A stretch of 64,000 nucleotides of DNA from an uncultured Eubacteriales bacterium. Its GTDB lineage: Bacteria > Bacillota > Clostridia > Christensenellales > CAG-138. The DNA lies in contig CADAPG010000001.1 in NCBI GenBank assembly GCA_902789675.1, positions 23,859-87,858 on the forward strand. Direction: 5' to 3'. A program made the position numbers and the translations under genes. This document shows, one piece after another, positions 52,687 to 62,434 of this stretch; position 1 is the first letter of the stretch; every line of letters begins with the position of its first letter. Below the pieces are notes generated by a model. That model ran no database searches, was not told the origin of the DNA, and saw nothing but the letters and a program-made list of their open reading frames with translations.

Positions 52687-54077
52687 GCAAGATGCTCCTT
52701 TACAAATTCTCTGTCTGTCTTGGTCTCTTCCGCAAGGAAGTCGATATCGGCGTCGGTCGGCTGTTTGCCGGTCATTTTAAGCGCGTTGCGGATCAGCGAA
52801 GCGCGGAGATGCGTCATATCGGCGGGGCGTGCCTTGATCATCGAAGGATGGGAGGGGAGGATAATGCTCTTGCCCGGGACTTCCTCTTCGGGATTGCCGA
52901 AGTGGATGTCGATGCCGTTGCTCCTTGCAAAGCTCAGCTGCGCGTTGACGTGCTTGCCCGCGCCGGTGTATTCGGTTTCCTGTACAACGATGATCTTGTC
53001 CTTCGGCATCGTCTGGGAAAGCGCGAACGCCGCTGCAAGCGACGTATTGCCGGCAGGTCCTTTTTCCATGCCTTCAAGCGCTGCGAGCATTTCCGTTGTG
53101 TAGAACACTTCACCCTGATTGACGGTCACGTAGCGATCCATATAACGCAGCGGTCTTGCGGCGCTTCTCGGAACGTCGCTGCGGTCCGGCCAGGTCGAGA
53201 ACGGCATGCCGAATCCGGTGTGTCCGGTCGTGAACGACTTAAGATTGAACTGGTGATCGCTCGCCATATGCAGACCCGAAAGGTTGACGCTCGCCGCGAC
53301 GACTTCCGCCTTGCAGCCGGCTTTTTTAAGACCGCGGGCGGTACCGGTCAGGTTTCCGCCGCCGGCGTTCGTGCAAACGACCATGTCGGGATCTCTCCCG
53401 AGCATCAGACGGCACTGCTGCGTAATTTCATAGCCGAGCGTTTCGACGCCCGCGATGCCGAACGGCGTATAGAGAGAGGCGTTGAAATAGTCGGTCTCTT
53501 CAAGCATGCGAAGGAACATATAGAACAGTTCCGGACCGACCGTCAGCTGAACGACTTCGGCGCCGAGTGCTTCGCACTTTCTTGCCTTTTCAATGATCTC
53601 CGGCTGACCGATGCCTTTGGAATCGAAGCATTCCTGCACAACAATGCACTTCAGTCCCGCTTTTGCGGCGCAGGCGGCAACCGCTGCACCGTAGTTGCCG
53701 GACGTTGCGGAGATGACGCCTTTATAGCCCATCTTTCTTGCCTGATAGATGCTTGTCGCCGCGCGGCGAACCTTGAAGCTGCCGGAAAGATTGGACGCTT
53801 CATCTTTGACAAAGATGCGGGCGCCCATCCCTTCGGGAGCGCATGCGCGGGCGAGTGCGGTCAGATTCTTGAGCTCATAGATCGGCGTGTTTCCGATCTG
53901 GAATTCTTCGGTCTGGATCTTGCGGACGGCGTCGAGCGTATAGCCAGTCGCAGCCATCATGGCTTCGTAATCGAACGCGATGGAACCGCTTTCGAACTTA
54001 TCGTAGTCCATTCCGACGGCACGCTTCATGATCTCGTTTTTGCGTGCCATAACGGCAGAATAACTGTTGTCAAGCAT
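52683..54077 (-). CDS. ortB: 2-amino-4-ketopentanoate thiolase beta subunit (PLP, Trp-synthase-beta fold)
   Basis: 464 aa. PLP-lysine motif SGSFKVRRA. Follows the small alpha subunit. Confidence 0.75.
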   Translation of the reverse strand: MLDNSYSAVMARKNEIMKRAVGMDYDKFESGSIAFDYEAMMAATGYTLDAVRKIQTEEFQIGNTPIYELKNLTALARACAPEGMGARIFVKDEASNLSGSFKVRRAATSIYQARKMGYKGVISATSGNYGAAVAACAAKAGLKCIVVQECFDSKGIGQPEIIEKARKCEALGAEVVQLTVGPELFYMFLRMLEETDYFNASLYTPFGIAGVETLGYEITQQCRLMLGRDPDMVVCTNAGGGNLTGTARGLKKAGCKAEVVAASVNLSGLHMASDHQFNLKSFTTGHTGFGMPFSTWPDRSDVPRSAARPLRYMDRYVTVNQGEVFYTTEMLAALEGMEKGPAGNTSLAAAFALSQTMPKDKIIVVQETEYTGAGKHVNAQLSFARSNGIDIHFGNPEEEVPGKSIILPSHPSMIKARPADMTHLRASLIRNALKMTGKQPTDADIDFLAEETKTDREFVKEHLA

Positions 54078-54378
54078 TGTTTCTACCTCCGAACAGAATG
54101 GTCTTTACGGTTTCTTCGATCTGGTCGAGCTCCGGCACGTAATCGCCGAAATTATGCTTGAAGGAAGGATTTACTGCGCAAAGCGTTCCTTCCACCGTGC
54201 GTCCGGTCTTGGTCGTGATCGTCACGAGATCGCCGATCTCGGCTTCATCGTTCATAAGATGTCCTTTGACCCACATTTCGAGCGGAACATGCCGCGTATC
54301 CTCGGGGATATTCGTGGCGCGTTCTTCGGGCTTCAGAACGTTGATATGGACCTGTACCCAATCGTTTTTCTTTGCCAT
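54070..54378 (-). CDS. ortA: 2-amino-4-ketopentanoate thiolase alpha subunit
   Basis: 102 aa, between ord and ortB with overlapping ends. Confidence 0.7.
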   Translation of the reverse strand: MAKKNDWVQVHINVLKPEERATNIPEDTRHVPLEMWVKGHLMNDEAEIGDLVTITTKTGRTVEGTLCAVNPSFKHNFGDYVPELDQIEETVKTILFGGRNNA

Positions 54379-54388
54379 GATAAGCTCC

Positions 54389-55432
54389 TTATTTGTTCAG
54401 ATAGTTGCGCATATCGCCCATGATCGCGTGCGGAACGGGAAGGTCGATCATTGTCTTGAGACCCGGCGTTGCATTGAGCACATGGGGGATCATATTGACA
54501 CACATTGCGATCGTGCCGATGCCACCGTTGACCTCGGGCTTGATCTGCATGTTGACGTTCGGCGTGCCGGTGAGCGTAATGTAGTCGCCGGTGAAGGTGC
54601 CTTCCATCTCAGGTTCAATCTGCTGCGGATGGATCATATCGATCATGACCTTGTCGCCGATATAGCCCTGACCGGTCATGTTGACGCCCGCGACGTCGCC
54701 CGCCTTTGCAAAGCCGTACGGGGATTTGCGGTCGACGGTCGTGACGATCGGCTTCATCTGCTGTTCAAAGCGGTCGATCTCAAAGCCGAGCGCTTCGCCG
54801 ATCATGCCGACGGACTCCGCAAAGCCGACGTGACCCGCAAGTGTACCGTTCTTGCAGCCCTCTTCAAACTGTTCGACGGTCAGGCCGACGCCCTGTTCTT
54901 CCATAACGGCGGGACCGAAGGGGGAGAGGGAGTTGACGCGCTTGCACAGAACGTGCTCGACGTCCGTCATACAGCCGGAAAGGCAGATTGCAAGAAGGTC
55001 CATCATCAGACCGGGGTTGATGCCCGTACCGAGGACTGATACACCTGCGCCTTTTGCCAGTGCGTCCATCTTGTCGGCAAGCTCGGGATTCTGCGCGCGC
55101 GGATAGCTCATTTCTTCCGCGGTGGAGATGACGTTCACGCCCTTTTCGATCAGGTGGCAGATCTTCGGATATGCTTTCTTGGTGAACGAATCGGTTGCAA
55201 GAATGCACAGATCGGGTTTCGGCGTCAAAGCTGCATCGATATCACCGATGACCTTGACGTCACTGCGATCGCCGCGTTCAACGCCGAGCAGATCATAAAT
55301 GCTCTTGCCGACGCGATCCGGATGGATATCGCAAACGCCGGTAATCTCAACGCCTTTTTTCGTCAGCAGAACCTTTGCAATACCGCTGCCCATTGCACCG
55401 AATCCCCAAAGGGCTACTTGAATCTGTTTCAT
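54389..55432 (-). CDS. ord: 2,4-diaminopentanoate dehydrogenase
   Basis: GGAGGA RBS then ATG at 55432; the ORF-track start 55669 reads through the upstream intergenic region. Rossmann motif WGFGAMGSG. First gene of the cluster. Confidence 0.75.
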   Translation of the reverse strand: MKQIQVALWGFGAMGSGIAKVLLTKKGVEITGVCDIHPDRVGKSIYDLLGVERGDRSDVKVIGDIDAALTPKPDLCILATDSFTKKAYPKICHLIEKGVNVISTAEEMSYPRAQNPELADKMDALAKGAGVSVLGTGINPGLMMDLLAICLSGCMTDVEHVLCKRVNSLSPFGPAVMEEQGVGLTVEQFEEGCKNGTLAGHVGFAESVGMIGEALGFEIDRFEQQMKPIVTTVDRKSPYGFAKAGDVAGVNMTGQGYIGDKVMIDMIHPQQIEPEMEGTFTGDYITLTGTPNVNMQIKPEVNGGIGTIAMCVNMIPHVLNATPGLKTMIDLPVPHAIMGDMRNYLNK

Positions 55433-55502
55433 ACTGTTCCTCCTTCGATTTTGAATCAATGAACATAAAAAGATTATACAACGATTCCCGTTTTCCTGCA
55501 AG

Positions 55503-55525
55503 AAAAAAGCGCCTTGAACGGCGCT
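55503..55525 (-). terminator. Rho-independent terminator (minus strand) after the desulfurase-like gene
   Basis: AGCGCC-GTTCAA-GGCGCT followed by TTTTTT when read on the minus strand. Confidence 0.7.
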
Positions 55526-55544
55526 TAAGCAACTATATATTTTA

Positions 55545-56675
55545 TTATGACAGCGCATGAATGGCTTCGGCTGCGATATCAATTTCGCGAACAGTCGTTG
55601 CGGGAGAAAAACTGAATCGGACAGTGCCCTTCGGAAACGTCCCGAACGATCGATGTGCATCCGGTGCACAGTGCAATCCGCAACGCGTCAGAATGCCGTA
55701 TTTCTCTTCAAGAAGGAAAGATATCTCGGCGTTGTCCTTGCGCAGAAAATCGATCGAAACAACACCGACGCGCCGTTCGGGATCCGAAGATCCGAGGATG
55801 CGAATATGCGGGTTATCACGGATTGAATACAGAAATTGTTGCGTCAAACAGATCTCGTGTTCACGTACCGATCGAAAATCGGCGTGTGCCAGAGCCGCTT
55901 TCAAGCCTATGATCCCCGGCAGGTTGAGCGTTCCGGCTTCCAATCGGTCCGGATAGAACTGCGGGATCTCATAACTGTCGGAAACGGAACCCGTTCCGCC
56001 TGAGATCAGCGGATCGAGACGATCCGCAAATGCGGGCGTCAGGCATAAAACGCCGAGTCCCTGCGCCGCGCGAAGCCCTTTGTGCGCGGGCATACAGAGC
56101 GCATCAAGACCGAGCTTTTGCATCGAAAACGGAAAATGCCCGGCTGTCTGCGCAGCATCAATGCACAGCGGTACGCATGCTGTTTTCAGAATTGCAGACA
56201 GGTCTTCAATCGGCTGGATCATGCCGCTGACGTTGGAGGCAAAGGTGTGTACGCAGAGACGAAAGAAGGGGAGATCATCCGGAAGCTTTGCAAGATCGGA
56301 AACACCGTCTGCCGTTGCGGGGATGCGCACGATCTCTGCGCCGATCTGGACAAGCGGACGGATCACGGAATTATGCTCATACGAGGAAACAAGAACACGG
56401 TCTCCCCGCCGGACAAATCCTTTGATAACCGTATTCAGCGATGCGGTCATCCCGCCCGTAAAGATCACTTGCTTTGCGTCAGGACAGTCAAACAGATCTC
56501 GGATCCTCTCGCGCGTTTCGATTACGGCAAGTCCGGCTTCCTGCGCTCTTACGTAACTCCCGCGTCCGACATTCGAGCATTCTTCATCCAAAAAGCGTTT
56601 CATGGCGTCCGAAACGCCGTCTGCTTTCGGAAAGCTTGTTGCTGCATTATCCAAATATATCGTTTTTGTAAACAT
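55545..56675 (-). CDS. Class-V aminotransferase, cysteine desulfurase / selenocysteine lyase-like
   Basis: GAGGA RBS then ATG at 56675 (MFTKTIYLDNAATS). PLP-lysine context PAHKGL. Divergent from the yedE-yedF genes. Confidence 0.8.
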   Translation of the reverse strand: MFTKTIYLDNAATSFPKADGVSDAMKRFLDEECSNVGRGSYVRAQEAGLAVIETRERIRDLFDCPDAKQVIFTGGMTASLNTVIKGFVRRGDRVLVSSYEHNSVIRPLVQIGAEIVRIPATADGVSDLAKLPDDLPFFRLCVHTFASNVSGMIQPIEDLSAILKTACVPLCIDAAQTAGHFPFSMQKLGLDALCMPAHKGLRAAQGLGVLCLTPAFADRLDPLISGGTGSVSDSYEIPQFYPDRLEAGTLNLPGIIGLKAALAHADFRSVREHEICLTQQFLYSIRDNPHIRILGSSDPERRVGVVSIDFLRKDNAEISFLLEEKYGILTRCGLHCAPDAHRSFGTFPKGTVRFSFSPATTVREIDIAAEAIHALS

Positions 56676-56769
56676 CGTTATCCTCACTTGCAAATAACGG
56701 TCCTTTATGTTATTATACCATCAGATCGTTATTCATGCAAGGGAATAACGTAAAAGGAGGACAGAGGAT

Positions 56770-57891
56770 ATGGAAAAAACAAAACCGTCCGCGTTCAAAC
56801 GATTTATGAGCGGATACGGCATCGTGATCATCACGGGGCTTCTGATCGGGGCCGCTGCTGTTGCGCTGTCAAAACTCGGCAATCCCGCAAACATGGGATT
56901 CTGCATCGCATGTTTTTTGCGCGACATTGCAGGCGCGTCCAAGTTGCACACGGCTGGTGTTGTACAGTATTTCCGTCCCGAGATCGTCGGATTGGTTCTC
57001 GGTGCGTTTGTTTGGTCCCTGATCAAGCGGGAATGGAAACCGACCGGCGGTTCTTCCCCGATCACGCGCTTCTTTATCGGCGCATTCGTTATGATCGGTG
57101 CGCTTGTGTTTTTAGGCTGTCCGCTTCGTATGGTCATCCGTATCGGAGGCGGCGATCTGAATGCGCTTGTCGGTCTTTTGGGCTTCATTGTCGGTATTCT
57201 GGTCGGCGTCATTCCGCTTCGTATGGGGTTTTCTCTGAATCGCGCCTATAAGCAGAGCGCCGTCGAGGGACTGATCTTCCCGATCATTCTTTCTGCATTG
57301 TTTGCACTTTCGTTGACGACGAAGCTCTTTGCTTCAAGCGAAACCGGTCCGGGCAGCAAACACGCATACTGGCTAATCGCGCTCGTAATCGCGCTCGTCG
57401 TCGGCGCGCTCTGTCAGCAGTCCCGTCTTTGCATGGCAGGCGGTATCCGCGACGTCGTGCTGTTTAAGGACTTCCGTCTGATCTCCGGCTTTGCCGCAAT
57501 CATCGTGGCTGTCCTTGTTGGCAACCTGATCTTCAACGGCGGCGTCAAGTTCGGTATGCAGAGCCAACCGATCGCACATTCCGACGGATGGATGAACTTC
57601 CTCGGAATGACCGTTGTGGGATTCGGTTCCGCTCTTCTCGGCGGCTGCCCGCTGCGTCAGCTCATTCTGACCGGCGAAGGCAATACCGATTCCGGAATCA
57701 CCGTTCTCGGATATATTGCTGGCGCAGCTTTTGCGCACAATTTCGGTCTTGCCGGAAAAGCGGACGGTGTGAACGAAGCCGGTGAATTTGTTCGCGGGGG
57801 CGCTTCGCAGAACGCGCTGTACGTCCTGATCGCCGCGCTCGTGATCTTCGTTCTGATCGCGATCTTCAACACTAAGAGACAGAAAGCATAA
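56770..57891 (+). CDS. yedE: YedE/YeeE-family membrane protein (putative selenium/sulfur compound transporter)
   Basis: AAAGGAGGA RBS. 373 aa multi-pass membrane protein with conserved Cys-containing re-entrant-like segments (GFCIACF, SRLCMAGG, GGCPLRQ). Followed by a TusA-like gene. Confidence 0.75.
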   Translation: MEKTKPSAFKRFMSGYGIVIITGLLIGAAAVALSKLGNPANMGFCIACFLRDIAGASKLHTAGVVQYFRPEIVGLVLGAFVWSLIKREWKPTGGSSPITRFFIGAFVMIGALVFLGCPLRMVIRIGGGDLNALVGLLGFIVGILVGVIPLRMGFSLNRAYKQSAVEGLIFPIILSALFALSLTTKLFASSETGPGSKHAYWLIALVIALVVGALCQQSRLCMAGGIRDVVLFKDFRLISGFAAIIVAVLVGNLIFNGGVKFGMQSQPIAHSDGWMNFLGMTVVGFGSALLGGCPLRQLILTGEGNTDSGITVLGYIAGAAFAHNFGLAGKADGVNEAGEFVRGGASQNALYVLIAALVIFVLIAIFNTKRQKA

Positions 57892-57901
57892 GGAGACTAT
57901 T

Positions 57902-58105
57902 ATGATCGACGCAAGAGGATTGAGCTGTCCGATGCCCGTGCTGATGGTACAGCGCGAAGTCAAGAAGAATCAGCCGAAAACGATAGAGGTGCTCGTGGAC
58001 AACATGACCGCCGTCGGCAATATCACGCGGTTCGCAGCGTCTCAGCATTATGAAGTCCGTTACGAAGAAAAAGCGGGCGACTATCGTATGACACTTTGGA
58101 AATGA
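57902..58105 (+). CDS. yedF: TusA/SirA-like sulfurtransferase (YedF-like)
   Basis: 67 aa; CPxP motif in GLSCPMPVLM. Confidence 0.8.
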   Translation: MIDARGLSCPMPVLMVQREVKKNQPKTIEVLVDNMTAVGNITRFAASQHYEVRYEEKAGDYRMTLWK

Positions 58106-58338
58106 ATTACGTCGCAACGTTCTATACGCATGCGGCGGCATTGATGACGAATCGCACGCTGACAAAAGCCGGGATCGCCTCGCGTCTCGGGCCGGTTCCG
58201 CGCGTACTGTCATCGAGCTGCGGCACTTGCGTGATGTATGAAGCCGACGATCCGCGTTTTCAGGATCTGGATCGGGATATGGAAGCGGTTTATGAGAAAA
58301 CCGATCAGGGATACAAAGAACTGTTGAGAAATGAATAA
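58102..58338 (+). CDS. DUF3343-like small protein
   Basis: ATG 58102 overlaps the yedF stop; the ORF-track TTG 58096 is possible. The usual third member of yedE-yedF clusters; SCGTCV motif. Confidence 0.55.
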   Translation: MNYVATFYTHAAALMTNRTLTKAGIASRLGPVPRVLSSSCGTCVMYEADDPRFQDLDRDMEAVYEKTDQGYKELLRNE

Positions 58339-58458
58339 GCACAAAGGAGCGGACAAAACCGCTCCTTTCGCATTTTTCATTTGCTGCATCATACGATATT
58401 GCAAGATTGCAAAATCCATGATAATATATCATAAAACAAGAAATCAAGAAGAGGCACT

Positions 58459-59259
58459 ATGAACACATTCAAACGTATCGGCGTATTTGACAGCGGTCTC
58501 GGCGGGCTCACCGTTCTGGACGCGATCTGCTCCGCCAATAAGGGCTTATCCATCGTGTATTTCGGCGACACGGCTCGTGTGCCGTACGGTTCCCGCACGC
58601 CCGAAACGATCATTCGTTATGCGGAACAGGACGTTCGCTTTCTGCTCTCCAAGGGCGTGGAAGCGATCGTCGTCGCGTGCGGCACGGTCAGCGCGATTGC
58701 GCTTTCCGAACTGCGCAAGACATTCAGCGTTCCCATTATCGGCGTGATCGAACCGGCGTGCGACGCCGCGGCAAAGATCACCGAGAGCAAGCATATCTGC
58801 GTGATCGGCACGGAAGCGACGGTGCACAGTCAGGCGTATTCCGACTATATCAATCAGCAGTATCCCGATCTCAATGTCTCAGGCATCGGCTGTCCGCTGT
58901 TTGTTCCTTTGATTGAAAACGGATTCCGGGAAGACGATCCGATCACACAGATGACGGTGGAACGGTACCTGTCGCCGATCCGCAACACGGATATCGACAC
59001 GCTGATCCTCGGCTGTACGCATTATCCGTTCCTGTCGAATGTGATCCGGAAGACGCTGCCGGGCGTGAAGCTCATCGATATCGGCGTAACACTGTCCGAA
59101 GTCGTTGCCGAAACGATCTCGCTGCCGAACAATATTTCCGACAACTTTGTCGAATACTGCTTCAGCGACCGCGAAACGGGATTCAAACGGTTTGATACGG
59201 AGCATCTTAAGAATCTGCCGAACGGGCCGATCAAGTCTGTCAACATCGAATCTTTTTGA
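58459..59259 (+). CDS. murI: Glutamate racemase
   Basis: DSGLGGLTV and GCTHYPF catalytic-Cys motifs; 266 aa. Confidence 0.9.
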   Translation: MNTFKRIGVFDSGLGGLTVLDAICSANKGLSIVYFGDTARVPYGSRTPETIIRYAEQDVRFLLSKGVEAIVVACGTVSAIALSELRKTFSVPIIGVIEPACDAAAKITESKHICVIGTEATVHSQAYSDYINQQYPDLNVSGIGCPLFVPLIENGFREDDPITQMTVERYLSPIRNTDIDTLILGCTHYPFLSNVIRKTLPGVKLIDIGVTLSEVVAETISLPNNISDNFVEYCFSDRETGFKRFDTEHLKNLPNGPIKSVNIESF

Positions 59260-59314
59260 CATAGAAACAAAATGCCCTCATATGCTTTAGCAACAAGCAT
59301 ATGGGGGTATTTCC

Positions 59315-59593
59315 TTGAATTGGTATGAAGAACGTATCTGCGAGGAAGCAGCATACATTGTGGAGCACAAAGCGACCGTTCGTGAAGCCGCCAAAGCGCT
59401 TTGTATCGGAAAAAGTACGATCCATAAGGATGTAACCGATCGGCTGAAAACGGTCAATCCGGGGCTGTACAGAAGCGTAAGAGAGGTGCTGAACATCAAT
59501 AAAGCCGAACGGCATCTGCGCGGCGGGAAAGCAACGCACGACAAGTATGCAAGCCGGCGTCAATGCGAAGGTGAAGTCACGGCAGACAGATAG
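59315..59593 (+). CDS. spoIIID: Sporulation transcriptional regulator SpoIIID
   Basis: TTG start. GKSTIHKDVT HTH and a conserved RHLRGG segment; 92 aa. Confidence 0.8.
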   Translation: MNWYEERICEEAAYIVEHKATVREAAKALCIGKSTIHKDVTDRLKTVNPGLYRSVREVLNINKAERHLRGGKATHDKYASRRQCEGEVTADR

Positions 59594-60216
59594 ACCTTGT
59601 CTGCACCGGCTCGTTTCAGAACCTTTGCGCACTCATATACTGTTGCGCCCGTGGTAAAGACGTCGTCGATCAGTACGATGCGAAGACCCTTTACATGCGG
59701 ATCCGCAGAGAAGCTTCCGCGCATGTTCCTGCGGCGAACTGCCGGGTCTTTCAATGCTTTCTGATCGGGTGTAAAACGGATTTTGTATAATAGTTTTGTC
59801 GAATACGGGATACCCACGGCGTTCGAGAGATAGGATGCAAGCAGCTCGGTATGGTTGAACCGCCGCAGCCATTTCTTGAACGGATGCATGGGGACGGGGA
59901 CCAGAATATCGGCATTCCATTCTTTCGGTACGGAAAGAAACTGCGTAAAGAACCCGGCGTACTCCGTTTGTCCGTGCTTTTTGAAACGCATCACAGCGGA
60001 AGAAATCTCATCGCTGTACTGCAATCCGATTGTGACGCCGTCCAACGGCTGCAGGTATGTCGGATTCGGAAGGTATTTCAGCTTTGCGCGGCACGTATCA
60101 CACAAGCCGTCTTCGCCGATCATGTCTTCTTCATCGCAAAGGTAGCACTGATACGGACCGGGCATCAGCGCATCCGCGAGAAAATGAAACTGTTCCTTAC
60201 GACCCGATGACAGCAT
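59560..60216 (-). CDS. comFC: ComF family protein (phosphoribosyltransferase-like, ComFC)
   Basis: N-terminal CxxC...CxxC and the PRTase motif VLIDDVFTTGAT. Overlaps the recD2 end. Confidence 0.8.
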   Translation of the reverse strand: MLSSGRKEQFHFLADALMPGPYQCYLCDEEDMIGEDGLCDTCRAKLKYLPNPTYLQPLDGVTIGLQYSDEISSAVMRFKKHGQTEYAGFFTQFLSVPKEWNADILVPVPMHPFKKWLRRFNHTELLASYLSNAVGIPYSTKLLYKIRFTPDQKALKDPAVRRRNMRGSFSADPHVKGLRIVLIDDVFTTGATVYECAKVLKRAGADKVYLSAVTSPSH

Positions 60217-62398
60217 ACTCCGAAAGCCTTTCTTTCAATCCTGTATTCCGATCCGACCGTTGCGCATTTTTTACCATACGAGCGACGGTCTCGCTCCTTC
60301 CGATCCCGTAAACAAGATGCTTGGCGCGCGTTACCGCAGTATACAATAGATTCCTGCTGAGGAGCGGCATCGGACCTCCCGCAAGCGGAAGAAGCACCGT
60401 GCGGAATTCCGAACCCTGACTCTTATGGATCGTAATGCAGTAGGCGAGATCAATCTCTTCAAACTGCGCAAATGCATATTCCGCAATTCGTCCGTCGTCA
60501 AACGCTACAACCGCATATTTTTCGCGCGTATCGATTCGCAGGATCGTGCCGAGATCGCCGTTGAATACGCCGACGCCCTCATCGTAACCGCCCGCAGATC
60601 GCATTTTTCGCCATTCGACCTTATAGTTGTTGCGAATTTGCATGATCTTGTCACCCTCGCGAAAAACAGTATTTCCAGAGGTGTGCTCCGCTTTGAGCGG
60701 GGAAGCGGGATTGCAGACATCCTGCAGCAGGCGATTCAATTCGATCACACCGAGCGGTCCGGTTTTCATCGGCACAAGCACCTGTACATCCATCAAAGGA
60801 TCGTTTGTCCCGAGAGACGACGACTCCTTCCGGATCAGTTCGACAAGACGCGAACGGATGCGATCGACGCTGGCGATCTCTTCAAACAGAAAATCGGAAT
60901 CATGATCAATAAGGAGCGGCATTCTGCCGTTGTTGATCAGATGCGCATTGCGAATAATATTGGACCGCTGCGCCTGACGGAAGATCTCCGTCAATCGGAA
61001 GTACGGGAGCACCTCGGAAGACAGCGCATCGGAGAACACATTTCCGCATCCGACCGGCGGAAGCTGGTCGCGGTCGCCGACCAGCACGAGACGGGTCCCT
61101 TTTGTGATAGCCTGCAGCAACGCATACATCAGAGGAGCGTCCACCATGGACATCTCATCAACGATGATCATATCTGCGATCAACGGGTTATCGCGGTTTC
61201 GCTGAAATCCTTCACCCGGGATATACTCCAGAAGACGATGGATCGTTCTCGCTTCATAGCCCGTCGCTTCCGTCATACGCTTGGATGCGCGTCCGGTCGG
61301 CGCGGCAAGTTCAACGGAATATCCGTTTTCCTGCATGGCGTCAAGAATACATCGTATGATCGTGGTTTTACCGGTTCCCGGACCGCCTGTGATGATGCAG
61401 ATTCCGTTGGACAGCGCAAGCTGAACAGCTTTTTGCTGTTCCGAAGACAGCTCCATGCCGACGCGTTTCTGCCATCTTGCAAGATCCCATGCTTCCGTTT
61501 GCTGCGGTCTGTTTAGCAGAAGCAGCTTTTTGGCGATATAGTCTTCGATTTTAAGGAGATAGGGGAGATAGATCGCGTCGACCCCGTTGATTTCACACCG
61601 CAGAAGATCGGATCCGGCTTCCATCCATTCGACGGTCTCTTCGATACGTTCCGGATCGGCGCCGAGCAGTTTGGAAGCGCGTTCGATCAAAGACGAATAG
61701 GACAAGAACATATCGCCGTGTTCATCTCTTGCCTGCTGCAGACAATAACGAATGCCCGCCATAAGCCTTGCAAGAGAATCCGATTCAAAACCGGCAACGT
61801 GCGTGGCAATCCTGTCGGCTGTCAAAAACCCGATTCCTTCGATATCGTCGATCAGCTGATAAGGGTTTTCCTGTACCTTTGCGAGGCAAAGCTCGCCGTA
61901 GGTCTGCATCATCTTATATGCCTGACCGACTGTAACGCCATACGGCTCCAGACTCAAAAGCACGTCGCGCAAAAGTCTTTTTTCGCGGAAGGAATCCGAG
62001 ATCATCTTTGCTTTCTTTGTGCCGATGCCCGGAACTTCCGTCAAACGTTCCGGCTCGTGCTCCAGAATTTCCAGCGTGTCCATGCCGAAGGTGTTTACGA
62101 TCGCTCTTGCCATCACCGGTCCGACGCCGCGAACGACGCCGCTCTCGAGATACTTGATGATCGCCGTATTGCTGGACGGCGCTCTGCGTTCATAGGATTC
62201 GACCTTGAATTGCGTGCCGAATCGCGGATGATACGATTCTTCTCCGGAGAGCGAGACCGAATCTCCGACATTGACAAGCGGCAGCGAACCCACACAGGTA
62301 ATCGTCTGTTTTTCGTCGTCGCAAAGCAGCGACAGCACGGTATACCCGTTTGTCGCATTGCGGAAGATGATGGATTGTACGGTTCCGTTCAGCTTCAT
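60197..62398 (-). CDS. recD2: ATP-dependent RecD-like DNA helicase (SF1B, RecD2)
   Basis: 733 aa. Walker A GGPGTGKTT, Walker B MIIVDEMSM. C-terminal YCITIHKSQGSEF. Confidence 0.9.
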   Translation of the reverse strand: MKLNGTVQSIIFRNATNGYTVLSLLCDDEKQTITCVGSLPLVNVGDSVSLSGEESYHPRFGTQFKVESYERRAPSSNTAIIKYLESGVVRGVGPVMARAIVNTFGMDTLEILEHEPERLTEVPGIGTKKAKMISDSFREKRLLRDVLLSLEPYGVTVGQAYKMMQTYGELCLAKVQENPYQLIDDIEGIGFLTADRIATHVAGFESDSLARLMAGIRYCLQQARDEHGDMFLSYSSLIERASKLLGADPERIEETVEWMEAGSDLLRCEINGVDAIYLPYLLKIEDYIAKKLLLLNRPQQTEAWDLARWQKRVGMELSSEQQKAVQLALSNGICIITGGPGTGKTTIIRCILDAMQENGYSVELAAPTGRASKRMTEATGYEARTIHRLLEYIPGEGFQRNRDNPLIADMIIVDEMSMVDAPLMYALLQAITKGTRLVLVGDRDQLPPVGCGNVFSDALSSEVLPYFRLTEIFRQAQRSNIIRNAHLINNGRMPLLIDHDSDFLFEEIASVDRIRSRLVELIRKESSSLGTNDPLMDVQVLVPMKTGPLGVIELNRLLQDVCNPASPLKAEHTSGNTVFREGDKIMQIRNNYKVEWRKMRSAGGYDEGVGVFNGDLGTILRIDTREKYAVVAFDDGRIAEYAFAQFEEIDLAYCITIHKSQGSEFRTVLLPLAGGPMPLLSRNLLYTAVTRAKHLVYGIGRSETVARMVKNAQRSDRNTGLKERLSEYAVIGS

Positions 62399-62401
62399 TG
62401 C

Positions 62402-62426
62402 AAAAAGCCTCCGCTTGAACGGAGGC
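62402..62426 (-). terminator. Rho-independent terminator (minus strand) after glyQS
   Basis: GCCTCCG-TTCAAG-CGGAGGC followed by TTTTTG when read on the minus strand. Confidence 0.7.
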
Positions 62427-62434
62427 AGGTTTCA

